64,000 nt of DNA from Diplonema japonicum (taxonomy: Eukaryota; Protista; Euglenozoa: Diplonemea): assembly GCA_964019335.1 (NCBI GenBank), contig OZ025725.1, positions 372,001 through 436,000 of the forward strand. The letters are read 5' to 3'. Position 1 is the stretch's first letter. The number at the start of each line of letters is the position of its first letter. Of this stretch, positions 9,348-18,900 are shown piece by piece. The translations under genes and the position numbers were made by a program. A model generated the notes under the pieces. The model ran no database searches and was not told the DNA's origin. It saw nothing but the letters and a program-made list of their open reading frames with translations.

Positions 9348-11750
9348 ATGCCACCGCAAGGCCGAGGTGGAGCCTCCACGACGGCGGTTCCTGGGCGGGC
9401 TTCCTCTCATAAGGGGAAGTCCGGCGAATCCACCAGGCCGAAGACGAGGGAAGCGGTGCAGGATCTGGCCAATAGGCTGGAGGGTTGGAAGGTGATAGAC
9501 ACCGGAAGAAGGCAGGGAGAGTGCTTCTTCGAAGCGGTGTCGTACGCGGTGCACGGCGCGAGGGACGAGGCGGGGGCGCTGCGGGAGGTGGTGGCCTCTC
9601 ATCTGGCGGGGAAGGACTACTCCTCCTTCATGATGGTGGAGGAAGGGGAGAAGGCTGCGGCGTGGAAGGAGTACCAGAGGCTGGTAACTCTTTCGGGAAC
9701 GTGGGCGGACAGGCTGACGGTCAGCACGATGTCCGTGGTGATGGGACGCAGGATCTGTGTCTTTGCTGTAAGGGATGACATCCTCACCCTGAGCTGCTTC
9801 GAGCCGGGGAGTAGGAATGAGGTACCAGACACGGCCACGCTATGGCTGGGCTATGTGGAGGGCCACTACGTCTGCGCGGTGAAAGGGGAGGACTCGAAGA
9901 TGCCTACCACTACAGCGTATGTGCCGCCGGTGAGGATCCCACTCCCCATCCGCAGCGAGGGCGCGAAGGACGGGAAGAAGAAGGAGCAGGGCAAGCCGGC
10001 ACGCAAGGCCATCATCGCATGCCTTGCCGAGGACGAGTGGCCCGTGCACGTGCGGGAGTGGGAAGGGGCGGAGACACAGCCGGAGCGGGCGGTGTACCTT
10101 GTCCCGCAAGGCTCTGAACGGTTGGCAGCGGAGTGGCTAAGGGGCGCGCCGGCTGCAACGGTCGTTTCATGGGGACGTCTCCCCTACTTCTGCGGCGAGG
10201 AGGCTGAGGTCCTTCTGAGCACGAACGAAGGGCGCGGGAAGACGTGCAGACGCCTGCAGGTGACATCCCGCAATGGTCACCCTGCGATGCCGGACGCAAA
10301 CAAGGAGGAGATGGAGGAAGAGGAGGAGCTGGAGGAGCCGGAGACCTGCACCTCGGAACTCTATCTGGTTACTCAAACATCGCTGGACGCCGAGAAGGCC
10401 AGGTCGAGAGTATTGACATGGCTGAGGGAGAGAGCAGGGCGGTACCTCACCAAGAGAGGCAGGAAGCGGGACGGCGTTTTCGAGGTCCCAATCACGGTGA
10501 TGAAGACCGATGTCCAGTCGATCCTCATGCGCAGTGGCGAGGACGGCGTGTTTGTGCGCCAACCGTGGGAAGCACGCGATCTCCTGCCGGTTTTGTGGCT
10601 GGAGGGCACGGCACTGAAAGCGGCACTGCTGTTCAGGCGTGAAGTGTGCGGATGGGGACTGACCTTCAAGAAGTCGGGCAAGTCCGTCGTCTACGGGGTA
10701 AGGGTACCGAAAGCCGAGCTTGACACAGCAAGGCGGGTGCTCAAAGACCGACATGCCGATCTGAAGGTGACAGCGACAGCAGCGACACTGCTCGACGGCG
10801 AGCACTATGAGGTACAAGGGGTGCCCTCTTCGATGAACGGCCTCGAGCTGGAAGACCGCTTGAAACGGTCGGGATGGCCGGTCACGGTGAGGAAGAGGCT
10901 GCATAGGTTTGGCGAAAAACAGTCCTGGGCCGTGACTTCGTGCTCGAAACCGAGAGGTCTGGTTCTGAATGTCCAGGGCACGCGTTGGACCATCCAGCCG
11001 CTGGAGGGTGACCTGCAGAAGAAGAAGAAGAACAAGAAGGGCGCGAGTGACAGTAATAAGGCCGTATTCACATTGCCGCCGAACGCCATATGGGGCAGAC
11101 AAGCCGGGCAGGCGAACCCATCATCCGCGCCTACACCTGCGCCAGTGTCGGACACGCAGGCGTCAACACACCACGCTGCGTCAACACCTGCGACGCACTC
11201 AACGCCGGTAGCCGAGGCTCTACCCCCACCGAACGCGCCAGCACCTGCTACGAAAACGATGGCGTCTGTCGACGCTTTCGAGGAGTGGGCGCGGAAGAAA
11301 GAGCTGGAGCACGAGCAGGAGAGGAAAGCGATGGAAGCGAGAGTGGTGGACATGGAGAGGAAGGCTGCCGCGACCATCTCGCTAGTGAAGTCGATGGAGC
11401 AGAACATGCAAGCTCTCGGCAGGCAGATGGAGATGGTAACAACACGTCTCGAGAGGTTGGATGCGGTGGCTGTGGCGGTGTCCGAGCTGGTTAAGACTGT
11501 CCAGTCTATCCAGCAGGACATCCAGACTGCGAAGCGCACGGACAAGAAGAGGAAATGCGACGACACGACGACCAGCAAGAAGGCACATTCGGGTGCCCTT
11601 GTCCCCACGAGTGCAACGGGTTCGATGACACCGATATACCTGCCCGGCGGCACACCGACATGTGCGGCCACACCTGACGTGCACATGGCCATAGCTAACA
11701 CTATGACCCCCATCCTACCAATCGAACATGACCCTGACGAGTTCAACTGA
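9348..11750 (+). CDS. Retrotransposon ORF1 with N-terminal OTU-like cysteine protease domain, central alpha/beta region and C-terminal coiled coil
   Basis: QGECFFEAVS (Cys codon 9522-9524), LREVVA, GTWAD, RRICVF, WLGYVEGHY (His codon 9864-9866). Pro/Ala linker, then heptad repeats. Confidence 0.85.
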   Translation: MPPQGRGGASTTAVPGRASSHKGKSGESTRPKTREAVQDLANRLEGWKVIDTGRRQGECFFEAVSYAVHGARDEAGALREVVASHLAGKDYSSFMMVEEGEKAAAWKEYQRLVTLSGTWADRLTVSTMSVVMGRRICVFAVRDDILTLSCFEPGSRNEVPDTATLWLGYVEGHYVCAVKGEDSKMPTTTAYVPPVRIPLPIRSEGAKDGKKKEQGKPARKAIIACLAEDEWPVHVREWEGAETQPERAVYLVPQGSERLAAEWLRGAPAATVVSWGRLPYFCGEEAEVLLSTNEGRGKTCRRLQVTSRNGHPAMPDANKEEMEEEEELEEPETCTSELYLVTQTSLDAEKARSRVLTWLRERAGRYLTKRGRKRDGVFEVPITVMKTDVQSILMRSGEDGVFVRQPWEARDLLPVLWLEGTALKAALLFRREVCGWGLTFKKSGKSVVYGVRVPKAELDTARRVLKDRHADLKVTATAATLLDGEHYEVQGVPSSMNGLELEDRLKRSGWPVTVRKRLHRFGEKQSWAVTSCSKPRGLVLNVQGTRWTIQPLEGDLQKKKKNKKGASDSNKAVFTLPPNAIWGRQAGQANPSSAPTPAPVSDTQASTHHAASTPATHSTPVAEALPPPNAPAPATKTMASVDAFEEWARKKELEHEQERKAMEARVVDMERKAAATISLVKSMEQNMQALGRQMEMVTTRLERLDAVAVAVSELVKTVQSIQQDIQTAKRTDKKRKCDDTTTSKKAHSGALVPTSATGSMTPIYLPGGTPTCAATPDVHMAIANTMTPILPIEHDPDEFN

Positions 11751-11757
11751 AGGGACG

Positions 11758-11797
11758 CCAGCCATGAAGACATCCGGAGGGACATCTTCATGGGTGG
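11758..11797 (+). promoter_or_regulatory. Stem-loop 3' of the ORF1 TGA; candidate readthrough/recoding element
   Basis: CCA-g-CCATGAAGA-ca-TCC-[GGAG]-GGA-ca-TCTTCATGG-g-TGG: 15 Watson-Crick pairs, starting after a 7-nt spacer from TGA 11748-11750. Function is inferred. Confidence 0.55.
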
Positions 11798-14700
11798 AGC
11801 TAGGGACCCCAATTCGCTCACAATCACAACTCTCAATGTGGGGTCCCTGAGCAATAAGGTGGACGAGGTGTTGGCCATGGAGAGCGACATCTCGTGCTTG
11901 CAGGAAGTGAAGCTGACCGCACACGGACAACACATGATTGGGAGGCATGTTGAGGACAACGGCAGGTATCGTGCGCTGTGGGGAAACCCACAGCCCGGTA
12001 TCGTGGTCGATGGACTTGCTGCTCCCGACAAAGCACAAAGAGGTGGAGTCGGCATACTAGTACAGCGGTGCAGGCCGGCGATAGTCAAAGCAGTCGCTTC
12101 GATGGACGACGGCAACAGGTGGGTCCATGCTATGATCAACTTGGACGGACGAGACATGTGGCTCCACCTCATTGTGGTATATTGCCACTCGGGAAGTTAC
12201 GGCAAACACCAGCGTGAGACACTTTTGAACAAGGTGCTGAACGAGATGAGATGTGCCCTGGGAGATGTTCCTATCATCGTCGCGGGGGACCTAAACACCG
12301 AGGTGTCGCAATCAGGTGTACTACAGCAGGCGGTTGGGTGTGACTGGGTGGATGCAGCAGCAATGCAGGCCGAGAAAGACGGGGTAAGGCCGAGCCACAC
12401 CTTTGTGAGGAGAGCCACTGACACAAAGACACGCATCGACTACGTCTTGATGAACCCGATCGCTGCGGCGGGACTACAGAAGGCGTGGGTCCACGACACG
12501 GTGTATACCAACGAACACAGATGCCTCTCCATCAAACTGTGTATCCCTACTCTCAAGAGCAAGACACGCAAGTACTTCATCCCGAAGGAACTGCCGGTGT
12601 CGACTGCTAGTGATGACCACGTGATTGAGCTGCTACAGGCGGAGAGATTCATCCAAAAACTTGAGGACATCGACGGCGCATACCGTGTGCTGGCTGACGT
12701 CTCGGAAAGACACTGCATCACAGGCGTGCCGATGGAGCAACAGAAGACTTTCCGAGGGAGGGGCGAGGAGCGCAAACCCAAGGAGAAATGCCTGTCGGCC
12801 AAGTCTGTAAAGGAAGCCACGGGCGCAGCGGTGGGTAGACAGAAGTCGATTGCCTGTTTGCAGAGGAAGCTTGCACACATCAGCGCGGAAATCCAGGTGA
12901 TGATTGACAAGGGACAAGTGTGCAACATGCCAGTAGTTCTGTTGAAGACTTGGGCGAATGCTCTGAGTTTGCTGGAGAAACTGCCGAACCCTCCAGTGTT
13001 TGATAGGAACTTGCTGAAGGATGACCTGGAGTCGATTGTCACCAGACTTCAACTGCTAGACGACAACCTCTCCTCGCTACTACGCGAGATCGCAAAGGAC
13101 ACGAGAGTGGAGCGGGAGAAGAAGTACGAGGCGAGGATCAACACCCAGTTCCAGGAGGAGCGGAGGGGGATGACCGCCTTTGTGAAAAACACTTCTACGT
13201 CAGCGGCGCAGGCAGTGGAGAGCGGCGGAGTGCTGACCGCAGACCTCGACGAGATGGACAGGATGATGCACGCGGAATGGGACGGCGTGCTCCAGATGTA
13301 CGGTGAAGGGCATGAAGAACCATCGTACGAGGCCTTCAAGGCTAGATACGGGCCATACATCTCGACGCATGACATGGTGCTCCAGCCACTGACAGGGGCT
13401 GATCTGAGAGCAGTTCTGGCCAAGAAATCGACGAGGACAGCACCGGGAGTTGATGGGTGGAGGATGGCAGAACTTCGCGCTATGCCAAATGTATTGTTGG
13501 ATGCGTGGGCGATGCTCTTCAACGCCATCGAGGTGACAGGGAAGTGGCCGAAGGCACTCCTGACGGCGTTGGTTACGCTGATCCCGAAGGGAGGCGAGAG
13601 GACTCCGCTCAACCACCGCCCCATCACAGTCACGAGTGCGGTCTACAGACTGTGGGCCTGTGCCAGGTTGCGTGATATATCGCCATGGCAAGAGAAATGG
13701 GCGGACGACTCGCAGCATGGTTTTCGACCACGTCACGGGACGGACAGCATCCTGATGGAGCTCAGCACGCAGCTGGAGACGGCGATGCTGACCAACACCC
13801 CTCTTAACGGCATAGCACTGGACTTCGTCAAGTGCTTCGACAGGGTGCCACAGAAAGTAGCGTTCGGGCTTATGCAAGACCTGGGTTTGCACCAGAGGAT
13901 ACTGACCCCGCTCAAAGCGATGTACGCAGGCCTCAAAAGACGTTTCCGCTTCCCTACTGGCGTGGGTTCCGAGTTCCACGTGACAAATGGAATTCTCCAA
14001 GGGTGTCCAATCTCCGTCATCCTGGTGAACGCTCTGGTGTCAGTGATGGTGAAGTGCGTGATTGCTGAGGTACCTGGCTCGCGATCGCTGTCGTACGCGG
14101 ACGACGCGTACCTACTTGCGCGTTTGGTCGAGGTACTCAAGAGAGCGACCAACAAAACAATCGAGTTTTGCGAGCGGACAGGCATGCGCCTTAACGAAAA
14201 CAAGTCACAAGCATTCTCGACGAAGGATGAGATCGGCCCTTGGTTGAAGTGCACAGGCTCATCGTTCAGAGTGACGAAGGGGATCAAGGCGCTTGGCGTG
14301 ATCCTGAACATGAACGGGAAACATAGTTTGGACAAGCTACATTCCGCCGAAGGCCGTTTGTCCCGGCTTGGTGCATTGCCATTAAGCTTCGGGAACAAGG
14401 CGTCAATGCTGACGGGCACTGTGCTACCATCCTGTCTATACGGTACGACCTACGCTGCGCCGTCTGACAACCAGCTGAAGAAGCTCTGTACAGCGACGGT
14501 GACTTCCCTGTGGGGACCGCGCTTCAGGATGAGATCCCCGATGGCTGTGCTCAATGTGCTGTTACCTGGACACACAGCATATCCACAAGCGAAGATTGTT
14601 TACAACACGGTGAACTGCCTGATGCGAGAAAGCCTCACCTCCCCACAACTGTGGCAGCGAGTCAATGAGATTGTTACACTGTACCGGGAGCGAGAGGACG

Positions 14701-15878
14701 ACGAGGAGAGGGGGCCGCTAGGGGTCTTGCTGAAGAGGTGGCTACCCTTCCTGAACAAGGGGTGGTCCTTCATTGAAGGTTTGCGCGCTCTGGTGCCCAG
14801 TGCGAGACGCCATGAAGTAAGACAGGCGATCAGACCGGCTGTTGCAAAGGAATTGATCCACGGCAGGTCGTCTTTTGCTGGAATGGAAGCGGGTGCATGT
14901 CCGTCCACGAACGCCTGGTGGAGGAAGCTCCAGTCACGGAGACCGCTGATATCGTACAGACTGCGGCGGATCATCAGCGGTGCAGTGTTCACGGTACACC
15001 CTCGAGTGTGGGGGAAGCAATTGGATGAACGTGAGGGTGTGGAAAGCTCGTCTCTTGCGTGCGACGTCTGCGACCATCGATGCCAGACGACGACAGAAGT
15101 CACGGAGCACGCCCTATGGGAATGTGCACCAGCGAGAGCTGCCCTGACAAACGAAAGATATGGCGGGATGACGCGAAGTGACCTACCTGCAGTGACCGCC
15201 CTCCACGGGATCATTCCAAGGGGCGCAACGGGGGCTGCGAAGCAACAGGCGGCAGTCGTGCAACGATACCTGTTGGATGTCGTGTCAAGACGAGACGCCA
15301 GAGCGGCTGAACGGAGCACCAGAATCCTCACCACCAACCCGTGGGATGAGATCACAACGGGGAAGCAGCACACTGTGCCCACAGTGGAGCTGTTGAAATC
15401 GAACGGAGCGTCGGGAAAGGTCCTAATGTTCTACATGAAGAGCGTCCTCAGGTGGCTGAAAAGCCTAAGATGGTACGCAGGTAGGAAGTTGACGTCCGTC
15501 ACGACGATGGAGCTCGCAGTAGACTATGAGCAGGCCACCCGGCAGTCCTTGGCTGGACCCCTCGACGACCAGGACTGGCTCACAGAGAAGGCTGGAAGGA
15601 TGCGATACATCTTAGGACGTATTCAGAAATGCACAGCAAAGAGTGGGAAGAATGCTTTCCCCGCCAACGCAAAGACAAGGGTACACACCCTTCGACATCT
15701 TGGGGGCCCGACGACACACGGCTACGACAGGAGACCACTCTTCTCCTCGAGCCAAACCGCCCCCTACCTAGCACGACTCCAAGCAATGTTTCTCGCCCAG
15801 ATGCCGTCCATCTCATCGCGACAAACAGCCACCGCAGGCACCAGACAGCAACCGCAGAACGGTGACCGATTAGTGTGA
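11790..15878 (+). CDS. Retrotransposon ORF2: APE endonuclease + reverse transcriptase + CCHC knuckle + C-terminal domain
   Basis: APE: TLNVGSL, CLQEVK, GGVGIL, VVYCH, AGDLNT, TRIDYVL, NEH. RT: APGVDGW, HRPITV, QHGFRP, LDFVKCFDRV, GILQGCPIS, YADD. Knuckle: CDVC...EHALWEC. Confidence 0.95.
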   Translation: MGGARDPNSLTITTLNVGSLSNKVDEVLAMESDISCLQEVKLTAHGQHMIGRHVEDNGRYRALWGNPQPGIVVDGLAAPDKAQRGGVGILVQRCRPAIVKAVASMDDGNRWVHAMINLDGRDMWLHLIVVYCHSGSYGKHQRETLLNKVLNEMRCALGDVPIIVAGDLNTEVSQSGVLQQAVGCDWVDAAAMQAEKDGVRPSHTFVRRATDTKTRIDYVLMNPIAAAGLQKAWVHDTVYTNEHRCLSIKLCIPTLKSKTRKYFIPKELPVSTASDDHVIELLQAERFIQKLEDIDGAYRVLADVSERHCITGVPMEQQKTFRGRGEERKPKEKCLSAKSVKEATGAAVGRQKSIACLQRKLAHISAEIQVMIDKGQVCNMPVVLLKTWANALSLLEKLPNPPVFDRNLLKDDLESIVTRLQLLDDNLSSLLREIAKDTRVEREKKYEARINTQFQEERRGMTAFVKNTSTSAAQAVESGGVLTADLDEMDRMMHAEWDGVLQMYGEGHEEPSYEAFKARYGPYISTHDMVLQPLTGADLRAVLAKKSTRTAPGVDGWRMAELRAMPNVLLDAWAMLFNAIEVTGKWPKALLTALVTLIPKGGERTPLNHRPITVTSAVYRLWACARLRDISPWQEKWADDSQHGFRPRHGTDSILMELSTQLETAMLTNTPLNGIALDFVKCFDRVPQKVAFGLMQDLGLHQRILTPLKAMYAGLKRRFRFPTGVGSEFHVTNGILQGCPISVILVNALVSVMVKCVIAEVPGSRSLSYADDAYLLARLVEVLKRATNKTIEFCERTGMRLNENKSQAFSTKDEIGPWLKCTGSSFRVTKGIKALGVILNMNGKHSLDKLHSAEGRLSRLGALPLSFGNKASMLTGTVLPSCLYGTTYAAPSDNQLKKLCTATVTSLWGPRFRMRSPMAVLNVLLPGHTAYPQAKIVYNTVNCLMRESLTSPQLWQRVNEIVTLYREREDDEERGPLGVLLKRWLPFLNKGWSFIEGLRALVPSARRHEVRQAIRPAVAKELIHGRSSFAGMEAGACPSTNAWWRKLQSRRPLISYRLRRIISGAVFTVHPRVWGKQLDEREGVESSSLACDVCDHRCQTTTEVTEHALWECAPARAALTNERYGGMTRSDLPAVTALHGIIPRGATGAAKQQAAVVQRYLLDVVSRRDARAAERSTRILTTNPWDEITTGKQHTVPTVELLKSNGASGKVLMFYMKSVLRWLKSLRWYAGRKLTSVTTMELAVDYEQATRQSLAGPLDDQDWLTEKAGRMRYILGRIQKCTAKSGKNAFPANAKTRVHTLRHLGGPTTHGYDRRPLFSSSQTAPYLARLQAMFLAQMPSISSRQTATAGTRQQPQNGDRLV

Positions 15879-15891
15879 ATTTCTCCCTGAA

Positions 15892-15915
15892 CGGTGAGCA
15901 CCCACCCGCACACCG
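15892..15915 (+). other. 3' UTR stem-loop of the retrotransposon
   Basis: CGGTGaGC-[ACCCACCC]-GCaCACCG, 13 nt after the ORF2 stop. Confidence 0.4.
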
Positions 15916-15999
15916 AAATTTATCAAATTTTATTGCCGAATTGTTTTATTGTTTGTGTGTGTTTTTCTCTTTTGCATCCCACCAGTAACTTGACAGGAA

Positions 16000-18900
16000 A
16001 TGCCGCCCAAGTTGCGCAACATCGGCCCGTCCCCGGGCATGCAGGGGAGGATCAGCAGGAGCGGTTGGAACCCTGCTCTGAAACGGAGGAAGAAGGTGCT
16101 CGCACGAAAAGTGAAAAAAACTGCAAAACCAGCGGAGGAGAAAGAAACATGGACGGTGGTGCGGTTCAGGTCCGACAGGGACAAGGTTGCGACCAAGCAC
16201 GATGAAGCCCTAGGATACCTGGTGCAGGGAAAGGAAAGACTGCGGTTAGAGGCGAAAAAAGGCCAAGCACACACTTTAATCGCCGTGGCAGGGAAGCTTG
16301 AAAACGAAGGACTCGTCCAATATAAAAAAATCGAAAACCAGGTTCAGTACGCAAACAAAGTACAAGGCTCGCATAGCTTCTGCACTGTGGTTGTCCTCCT
16401 TGAGCGGAATGAGGATTTCTTTGCAAACCTAGAAAAGCTTGACAAACGTGTGTCTGCATCAGAAGCCGCCCTCACAGCGCTGCCCAGCGAGCTGCCGTAC
16501 AACGGGGCCGACATAAAGAAGAGCTACAAGGTAACAGGCCCGGCAGTGCAAAGCGTGTTTGATCAATGGGACAAAGCGCAAGAGGACTCACCCGACAAAC
16601 CAAAAAACACTTTGAACTGGATAGACAAGAGGCGTAGCCCTGTGTGGTGCAACAACATCTTCAACGCGGAGTTCGGCAGCCACCACTTCGACGACAACCA
16701 GGTAGAGACGTGCTCGGCAATGCAGATTTTCTCCAAGCTCTTTCGCGACACGATGTTGGAGCAGCAGCAGTGGCTTGGCCTCACGCCGAAGCAGTTCGCG
16801 GTGATGCGCTGCATTCACACAGCCATGATCGCCTCGATGCCCATGTTCAACAAGCGAAAAGCCTATGACCGTGACGCAAGCCCGCACTCCCTCGCAGCCT
16901 TGATCCATGAGGTAAGCAAGCTGCTCAGCAAGCTAGAGCCCGGTGGTGTATGTATTGTACCCATTTGCATCGACCTCGCCAAGCTGCCCATGATCATCGA
17001 GATGGATCTCAACAACAAGGCCAGGGTCACTATTGTGAACAGCGGCTGCAGTGCATACCACCCTAAAGTCGCCACAGCGCCCAACAAGATCCAGCAGTAC
17101 ACCACAGTGAGCATCAGCGATGTTTCCATGGATGCCTTGGAGGACGAGGCTTTCTGGATCTTCGTCCTTGACAACTCTGTGTACCCGGAACAGGTTTTCT
17201 ATACACACTTCCTTGGCTGGCTCCATCAAGGCATCCCTTACTACAGTGCCATTAGCTCCACTCCTGACGAGCAGACACTGAGGACACCGACAAGCAAGAC
17301 TGCTCCATGCATTTGGAAAGCGCTGCACCACACTGTGGACTACCTCGCACAGAGGAACGGGATTGAGAAGGAACGCAGAAAGTTGTTTAAGTTCAACATG
17401 CGGCATCAGCTGCTGAAGTGGGTTGTGAACGATCTGCACGTGACAAAGATGATTTCAATGAGCGGCAGGATGCTTGTACGCATTGCGGGTGAATGTGTTG
17501 CCAAGTCTGCGGTGTCGATGCCGTACCTGAAGACGTCAAGCAGACACCTGTCGGCGGTGAAAGACACTCTGGAAAAGATCGACAACAGGATTGCGATCAT
17601 GCAGACAGAGACGAACGTAACCGACCCACCAGCACAGCTAGACCTTAATAAGGGGCATAACCTCCTCGCGCAGGTAGCTGTTCTGCCGTGCTTCGAAAGA
17701 CTCCGCAGGTTGGAGGATGTGGACGGGCTTGCTGGTGCTCTCATCCCGCAGCCAAAGTTCGTCCCTGCGAACTTCTTGCTCGTCCCAGACCGTGTTGTCA
17801 ACAGGCCGCGTGCGGTAGACGCCCTGCGTGACGCCGACATGCTCTGCACAAGAGTCATGGTGCAGAACAAGGTCATCAAAAACGCACACTTCCTCATCAT
17901 TTCACTCATTGAAAACCTCTTCATCCATGTCCTTCCAGTGCCAAAGTACGGCGACCCGGAATGCATATGGCAGCAGCCCTTGATGTACGCACAGCAGTTG
18001 GACATTCTTACCCTCCTCCAACGTCTCATGGAGCATTGGGCTGCCGCATGCTTCAGCACGCTTGCCAGTCGGGAATTTGACATTATCAGGATAACAGTTG
18101 CTGGTGCAATGTCAACCATCGCTGATGCGGTTTTAAGGAAGCAAGCAACTGATAGGCCATCGCAGATGTCGGCGCATCTTGCGGGTTACAAAGGCAGGCT
18201 GCCGCCTTTTGCGCCAACAGCAGGCAAGTACGCAGAACAGTCCGAAACAGTGGAAGTGATCGCTCCGGAGGTCAACATCGTCAGAACACAGGTGCTTGAC
18301 TACTTTGAGGCACTCTTGTCCATCGCCCCGCCTGACAGGCATATCTTCAAATGGGAGGTGACGTGTAAGTCCGACTTGGGGTCCGCACGGCTCTGCTTCC
18401 AGATGGCTGATTACCAAGCCTTCCCGCTCGAGGCGCCCATGAACTACCTGTCGCAAGACACAGACCCGCACTACCTCATCACGAAAAACTGTCCGGAGTT
18501 CAAGGCGTACCGCGATGTCTTCTTCTACTTCAAGTATTTCATGAACACGGAGGCCGGTGGGTTCCCACACCTGTCGTCATACAACCAGCATGCTGCGCAG
18601 CTCAGCTGGCAGTACCTGTGCGCCGTAGGGTACCAAGTCGAGGCCTTCGACAGAATGCTGTCGTGCAGGGCGCGCACTCACAGGTGGCCTTCGTACGCAG
18701 TGGCTTCAAGGTTCACTCTACCCAACGAGGCGACCAACGAGGAGGACGTGCTGCACATCAAGACGCTGCCGACGTTTTCCGACACCATAGGTCAGAAGGA
18801 CAGCGAGCTACTGCTGTCGTACCTCACTGCGCCGTACATCAGAATACCGCTGGTGGCAAACTTTTTTGCAACAGAGGACAGAGTGTCCCTGCTGCGGAAG

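Larger units (their letters stand above)
9307..15940 (+). mobile_element. Apparently full-length non-LTR retrotransposon (OTU-ORF1 + APE/RT/CCHC ORF2), copy B
   Basis: Two intact ORFs between host genes, very short UTRs and a 3' stem-loop. Boundaries approximate. Possible 12-bp TSD TTGTTTTATTGT at 9232-9243 and 15941-15952. Confidence 0.9.

Noticed and set aside
11748-11750. UGA reassigned to Trp genome-wide
   Set aside because: Conserved host genes end at TGA at the expected positions and use TGG for Trp.
10805-12172. 455-aa antisense ORF across the ORF1/ORF2 junction and other long minus-strand ORFs (e.g. 2469-3500, 42203-43066)
   Set aside because: Shadow frames of biased coding sequence with no domain motifs.
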